A DNA stretch of 64,000 bases, from the NCBI RefSeq assembly GCF_035594765.1, contig NC_085844.1, forward strand, positions 213,048,107-213,112,106, given 5' to 3'. Numbering within the stretch: the stretch's first letter is position 1; every line of letters starts with the position of its first letter. Position numbers and translations under genes: made by a program. This DNA is from Anolis carolinensis (taxonomy: Eukaryota). The notes under the pieces are model-generated. The model was not told the origin of the DNA. It did no database searches and saw nothing but the letters and a program-made list of their open reading frames with translations. Shown here piece by piece: positions 62,574 to 64,000 of this stretch.

Positions 62574-64000
62574 CTAGCTGTGCCCGGCCACGCGTTGCTG
62601 TGGCGAAGTCTGGTGGTCTGGGAAATAAAGTATTGAGGAATTGGTGGTAGTTAAGGTAAAGGGTAAAGGTTTTCCCCTGACATTAAGTCCAGTCATGTCT
62701 GACTCTGGGGGTTGGTGCTCATCTCCATTTCTAAGCCGAAGAGCCGGCGTTGTCCGTAGACTCCTCCAAGGTCATGTGGGATGACTGCATGGAGCGGCGT
62801 TACCTTCCCGCCGGAGCAGTACCTATTGATGCACTCACATTTGCATGTTTTCAAACTTCTGGGTTGGCAGAAGCTGGGGCTAACAGTGGGGGCTCTCTCC
62901 GCTCCCCCAATTCAAACCTGTGGCCTTTCGGTCCAGAAGTTCAGCAGCTCAGCGCTTTAACACGCTGCGCCATCAGGGGATATTATTTCCTAAAGGTTGT
63001 GAATATACAATATTTCTGATTGGGTTTTTTTGTTTGTTAGAGGTAAGTATGAATGCTGCAATTAGGAAAAATGATTAGGATGTAATGGCCTTGCAGCTTT
63101 AAAGCCTGGCTGTTTCCTCCCTGAGTGAATTTTTTGTTGGGAGGTGTTAACCGGCCCTGATTGTTTCCTGTTTGGAATTCCCTTGTTTTCAGAGTGGTGT
63201 TGTTTGCGATATTTTATGTGCTTCTACTGTCTGTGGCCCTGAGAAAACAGAGGATTTGCCAGACTTTGATGATGGGAATACTTTGTTGGGAGGTGTTAGC
63301 TGGCCCCGATTGTTTCCTGTGTGGAATTCCCCTGTTTATTTACTGTCCTGGTTTTAGAGATTATATTGTTCTGCATTATTCTATCCCAGTAATTATTTCA
63401 TATTAAAGAAGAATCTCACTTATCCAACATTAGCTTATACAATGCAGTCTGCCTTTTCATAATCAATGTTTTTGTAGTCAGTGTTTTAAATTCATTGTGA
63501 TATTTTAGTGGTAAATTTGTAAATACAGTACAGTAGAGTCTCACTTATCCAATAAATGGGCCGGCAGAATGTTGGATAAGCGAATATGTTGGATAATAAG
63601 GAGGGATTAAGGATAAGCCTATTAAACATCAAATTAAGTTATGATTTCACAAATTAAGGACCAAAACATCATGTTAGACAACAAATTTGGAAGAAAAAGT
63701 AGTTCAATACACAGTAATTCTATGTAAAAATTACTGGATTTATGAATTTAGCACCAAAATATCACGATATATTGAAAGCATTGACTACAAAAATGCGTTG
63801 GATAATCCAGAACGTTGGATAAGTGAGTGTTGGATAAGTGAGACTCTACTGTAAATACTACATAGCATTACTGCGCATGGAACTACTTTTTCTGTCAAAT
63901 TTGTTGTATAATATGATGTTTTGGTGCTTAATTTGTATAACGATTACCTAATTTGATGTTTAATTGGCTTTTCCTGAATCCCTTCTTATTATCCAACATA
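62574..64000 (-). mobile_element. Helitron 3' part with Sauria SINE (about 62653-62979), Penelope and mariner cargo; continues past the window
   Basis: Hairpin plus CTAG|T at 62574; (ACCTTT)n SINE tail; mariner TIR copy at 63531-63851 nested in an older opposite copy. Confidence 0.87.

Noticed and set aside
44724-64000. Search for the canonical first coding exon (MCEVMPTI...ALPQ)
   Set aside because: Not found; presumably upstream of the window.

Overview
Vertebrate genomic DNA, very likely a squamate. The repeat mix (Sauria SINE, L2-tailed SINE, BovB, CR1, L2, L1, Penelope, Helitron) fits an Anolis lizard; the species is an inference. The minus strand carries the middle of a liprin-alpha gene best matching PPFIA4. 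Nineteen GT-AG exons from 44723 down to 1208 splice by hand into one open frame of 2421 nt (807 codons), running from the N-terminal coiled coils to the start of SAM1. The canonical first coding exon and the rest of the SAM region lie outside the window. Introns are dense with transposable elements. Most notable: (1) a 72-nt candidate alternative first coding exon (55002-55073) resembling the alternative N-terminus I recall for PPFIA2, overlapped by a strong-Kozak out-of-frame upstream ORF; (2) several candidate poison or micro exons; (3) hammerhead-ribozyme motifs in Penelope-like elements; (4) a non-autonomous Helitron family carrying different TE cargo; (5) an exact 29-bp duplication 6.5 kb apart at a SINE 5' junction. 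I found no convincing wholly new biological system; the findings are candidate isoform or regulatory features and TE oddities. Exon coordinates were read by hand; many repeat boundaries are approximate.
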